From positions 1,232,054 to 1,296,053 of the forward strand of contig NW_004457695.1 of assembly GCF_000203815.1 (NCBI RefSeq): 64,000 nucleotides of DNA, read 5' to 3'. Shown here one piece after another: positions 60,572 through 64,000 of the stretch. Every line of letters starts with the position of its first letter. Position 1 is the first letter of the stretch. The DNA is from Dictyostelium fasciculatum (Eukaryota). The notes below the pieces were generated by a model. That model did not search any database, was not told the DNA's origin, and worked only from the letters and a program-made list of their open reading frames with translations. Position numbers and translations under genes: made by a program.

Positions 60572-63500
60572 TTAATCGAATAAATTTTCATTATCAGCAT
60601 TATTAGTTACTTCTTCACTATCTTGATTGGTTGATGATTTTTGATCAAATTGAGTCCAATTTTGGAAATGTGAAGGTCTATGTAGTTCATCGTAAAAGTT
60701 CTTTGGATAATCCAATTTGAGACCGTATGTCATATTGGCAGAATGTTTGACACCCATAAAGTTATAATTCCAACTACCACGATCGGGCACCATGTAGAAA
60801 CCGAGGAATCTATCAGAGAGTAGAGTTTGAACCTTTTCATAGTGAGAAGGTTGGAATCCTGAAAAGTTTTGAGAGTCCTTGTTGGCACGAGCCCATTCGT
60901 AACCAGATGGAGTGAGACGGTAGGGCGTAAGAGTACATGGCCACGAGACAGAGACGGCGGCGATAATAGTCTTTTCGGCATCCCACGATTTGTTGTCGGC
61001 GAGTAGCTTGCCGTGCATGATGGCGTCTTGAGGTGACAGTTGTGGGAGTTCAGTGGGTTGGGTATGGATCCAACCGAGTGGTTCGAGGTCCTTGAGATGG
61101 TCGTGTTCAGGGAGTTGGTTGGGAACATTGACAAAGACGGGTGTACCCCATTGTGGCACCATGACAATACATCTAATCTCCTTGACTTGAGGATTGTCGG
61201 GTGGCGACACACCATACATGTAGCCCATGATTTGAGTACGAAGATCACCAATTGTAATAAACTTTTTGAGGATGTTTTTGGGAATGACATAGGTGATGGA
61301 TGATTCCTTGGCAGTATCACAGTTGACGTAGATCTGGTTGGTACGGAGATGCAAGTTGGTGGCTGAAATGGCACGTACACGCCAGTCAGTCTTGGAAGAG
61401 AACACCTTTTGCTCGTGTGGCGAGGTGGTGGTCGAGATCATCTCCTCACCGTGCACGTTGGTGGTACGCACAGTCATTTGGGTCATTTGTGACGACTCTT
61501 TCTTTTGCTTTTCAATCTCGGCAATTTGGTCTTCTCTTTGTTGGGATGGGGCGGCAATCTCCATACCGAGGATGATATCTCTGATCTCACTCTGTGTCAA
61601 CGATGCGACATTGACATTATTCTTTTTACCAAAATCGGCCAAGATGAGGTCCTTTAGCGCCACTTCGACCTTGATCCACTCTTGATCGGTAAGAGTTGGC
61701 CAGATGTGGTGTGGTTGGGTGATGGTGTTCTTGTCGGGCTTGAGGATGATCTTGGCACGCTCATTGTTGACGTGCAATGCACGCAGGATGAGGATGAGAC
61801 GTGAGAAGGCCGTGTACGATGGGATCGAGTTGAGCCAATCGTCGTAGATGTTGAACAACACCATCTTGGGCTCGGTCGCCTTGAGGATAAGATCACCAAA
61901 CTTTTCAATCTTGAGACAGGCTTGGAAGGGGAGTTGCAACTCACTGCCTTGGATGACAATGTTGGGGAAATCCAAAAGATGCACTTCGAGTGGATCGAGC
62001 ATACCCTTTCTTGTAACGACGATTTGCTTGGGCTGTTCTTCAACAGGCAACGAACGAATGAGAGCGGCAACTTCTTCGGCTGTCTTCCATTTGGCAAGTT
62101 GGCCGAGACGCTTTTGACCGAGCCATACGTCAGTGTGAATGATCTTGAGGAACAACTGACCGGTTCTAGGGTTAAAGATAAAGATGGCACCATTGATTGG
62201 TTTGGTTGTCAAATTACCTTCGAATGTCTTGTGAATAGTGACACGGTAGACATTGGTATCGTCGACAAACCAGATAATCTTGTTACTAAACAACTCTCCA
62301 TAGTTTTGTGAAGAGAGGTATGGTTCGGTTGGTTCAGACGAGTAGAGTTGCAAACCCTTACGGATACGCTCACGCAACACATAGAGTGCTGGATTGGACT
62401 TCATGATCTTGTCCATTGCCTTTTGAACGAGTGGCTTGACACCTGGGAACCAGTTACCAAAGGAACTGTAAATATTGTATGCCAAGTCAATACCAACTAG
62501 ACAACCAGTTGGTGATGGGTAGTATGACATACTGTCGGTGGTATAGTCGAGGAACTTGGCACGACTGTAACGTTCAATGTCGTGACTGTCAAAGTCACCC
62601 CATTTGAGCTGTACGTCCAACCAGTACTGTGTGGTGCTGCCATCATACGTATCACGTGTGTCTTGTAGAACGGATGGACGTGACACTTGCCACTTGTGAG
62701 CAGCACGCAACAAAATATCTGCGCACGAGCTGTTCATCTTGTACGACTTTCTTGGATGGATTGCTTCCTTGTTGACGACTGCAATCTCCAAGTTGTCCAA
62801 CTCTTGATCAAACACCTGACAAAGATCCATAACAACAGACTCGTGAATCTTTTGCCACAAATGAGCACGGAAGATTTGGATGAGCGAAATCTTGAGAGTG
62901 GGGATCTTACCATGCATAAAAATACCTGTCAAATCCAATTGCACCTGGAAACCAACATAGACGTTCTTTCTGTTGATGGTTGGTGACCACCAAAGTGTAA
63001 AACGACGATTGGGAATTTGATTCAAACCAGAACGCTGAGCATGTGTCAATTTTTTAAACTTCATCGACTCTTCAAAACCCGATGCCTTTTCCCAAAAGAG
63101 ACCTTCCCAAGTGGGGAAGTAAGTGCCCTTGAAGAGGGTGTGTTCGAGGATACCCTCTACACCACCAAGTGCTTGGATGATATCGGTACGGTAGTTGTTG
63201 AGGTTCCAAAGTTTACCATCGTGACGTTGGTTGGTCCACCAGAACGGGTTGCTCTTGAGAACCTGGAACTGCTTCCAATCGGTTCTAACACGCCATCCCT
63301 TGTCATAGGCAAGAGTATGACGATTCTTTTGGAAGAGTGTCGAGATACGTGGAATACCACGGTCCCATGAATCTTCCAAATCTTCAATCGAAAGATTCTT
63401 GTTTTGTGTCTTGGCCTCTTCGTATTTGAGTGCATATTCAGCCCAGACACGTTGAGAGTCCTTGATCTCTTGTTCCCAAGGTTGGATGTAACGGTAGAGA

Positions 63501-64000
63501 TTGGGAATCAACTGGTCTTCGTCGTGCGACATACCCGAGGTGAAATGGGTAATGCCAGAGTCGGTCTGCTTGGAGTATCTGAGATCCGACTGGGGAATGA
63601 GTACGTGTCCCATAGACAACATACCGAGACCACCCAACTCTTTGGGTGTGTAAAAGACAACTGGTGGGAAACGGTTTGGCATCTTGGAATTGAGTCCAAT
63701 TTTGATACGTGTCTGAATCTTGTTCTCGCAACGCACCAAAATATCGAGCATTTCACGTGTGACAACAACCGCTTCACGGTAGTAGGTCATGAGACCGATC
63801 AACGACGTGTTCCACTTGTTGACAATCTTGGTAAACGTGGTGCTACCCGACGCCATCAAAATCATTCTAACACGATTCTCGTATCTGTCCATCGACTCCT
63901 TGTCAACACGTAAGAATGCCTGTGCAGTTCTCTCACGAGTGTTGATGTTTTGCAATGCCCATACACTGTCCTTGGGGATGATCTGGTCATTCGGTGATCG
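60572..64000 (-). CDS. PRPF8: PRP8 (pre-mRNA-processing-splicing factor 8), C-terminal approximately 1140 aa. Covers the end of the RT-like/linker region, the RNase H-like domain and the Jab1/MPN domain. The N-terminal part of the gene lies beyond the window end.
   Basis: There is near-identity to human PRPF8 over the whole ORF, e.g. ...[57 protein letters not shown]..., [57 protein letters not shown], and ...[23 protein letters not shown].... The frame stays open to nt 64000 upstream of the track's TTG start. No introns are seen in this part. Confidence 0.9.
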   Translation of the reverse strand, partial: RSPNDQIIPKDSVWALQNINTRERTAQAFLRVDKESMDRYENRVRMILMASGSTTFTKIVNKWNTSLIGLMTYYREAVVVTREMLDILVRCENKIQTRIKIGLNSKMPNRFPPVVFYTPKELGGLGMLSMGHVLIPQSDLRYSKQTDSGITHFTSGMSHDEDQLIPNLYRYIQPWEQEIKDSQRVWAEYALKYEEAKTQNKNLSIEDLEDSWDRGIPRISTLFQKNRHTLAYDKGWRVRTDWKQFQVLKSNPFWWTNQRHDGKLWNLNNYRTDIIQALGGVEGILEHTLFKGTYFPTWEGLFWEKASGFEESMKFKKLTHAQRSGLNQIPNRRFTLWWSPTINRKNVYVGFQVQLDLTGIFMHGKIPTLKISLIQIFRAHLWQKIHESVVMDLCQVFDQELDNLEIAVVNKEAIHPRKSYKMNSSCADILLRAAHKWQVSRPSVLQDTRDTYDGSTTQYWLDVQLKWGDFDSHDIERYSRAKFLDYTTDSMSYYPSPTGCLVGIDLAYNIYSSFGNWFPGVKPLVQKAMDKIMKSNPALYVLRERIRKGLQLYSSEPTEPYLSSQNYGELFSNKIIWFVDDTNVYRVTIHKTFEGNLTTKPINGAIFIFNPRTGQLFLKIIHTDVWLGQKRLGQLAKWKTAEEVAALIRSLPVEEQPKQIVVTRKGMLDPLEVHLLDFPNIVIQGSELQLPFQACLKIEKFGDLILKATEPKMVLFNIYDDWLNSIPSYTAFSRLILILRALHVNNERAKIILKPDKNTITQPHHIWPTLTDQEWIKVEVALKDLILADFGKKNNVNVASLTQSEIRDIILGMEIAAPSQQREDQIAEIEKQKKESSQMTQMTVRTTNVHGEEMISTTTSPHEQKVFSSKTDWRVRAISATNLHLRTNQIYVNCDTAKESSITYVIPKNILKKFITIGDLRTQIMGYMYGVSPPDNPQVKEIRCIVMVPQWGTPVFVNVPNQLPEHDHLKDLEPLGWIHTQPTELPQLSPQDAIMHGKLLADNKSWDAEKTIIAAVSVSWPCTLTPYRLTPSGYEWARANKDSQNFSGFQPSHYEKVQTLLSDRFLGFYMVPDRGSWNYNFMGVKHSANMTYGLKLDYPKNFYDELHRPSHFQNWTQFDQKSSTNQDSEEVTNNADNENLFD

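Noticed and set aside
1-64000. Prokaryotic-style features (operons, CRISPR arrays, RBS, rho-independent terminators, IS elements).
   Set aside because: The sequence is eukaryotic (spliceosomal introns, poly-Q/N tracts, nuclear gene set). No direct-repeat/spacer arrays or IS/transposase ORFs were seen.

Overview
This is eukaryotic nuclear DNA, not prokaryotic. Exons are moderately GC-rich; intergenic regions and introns are very AT-rich. Introns are short (about 60-130 nt) with GTAAGT or GTATGT donors and (t)nAG acceptors. Coding regions carry frequent poly-Q, poly-N and poly-S tracts. Gene content (Sib-type integrin-beta-like receptor, DymB-like dynamin, short introns) points to a dictyostelid-like social amoeba. 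The window is gene-dense, with about 28 protein-coding genes on both strands. Recognisable genes include Sib-like adhesion receptor (5' partial), an epimerase, an MFS transporter, a bacterial-type dCTP deaminase, COX5B, KRI1, NOL10, ECM29, a mitochondrially targeted dynamin, E2F, two tandem PARL-type rhomboids, a RING/ZZ E3 ligase, USP48, a GPI-type Cys-rich protein and the C-terminal 1140 aa of PRP8 (continues past the window end). I found no rRNA, tRNA, CRISPR or intact mobile element. Most worth a second look are: (i) a SAM-domain exon that is phase-compatible with a downstream STAND/AAA+-type P-loop NTPase gene; (ii) a bacterial-type dCTP deaminase gene with a +1 frameshift; (iii) several further reading-frame or phase breaks in otherwise conserved genes (ECM29, E2F at a G7/C7 homopolymer, one of the two tandem PARL rhomboids, COX5B splice phase), which suggests indel errors in the assembly and/or pseudogenisation; (iv) a decaying local cluster of KCTD-BTB/TLDc gene copies; (v) head-to-head functional gene pairs (KRI1-NOL10, and RING/ZZ E3 ligase-USP48). 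All exon coordinates were derived by hand and may be off by a few nt.
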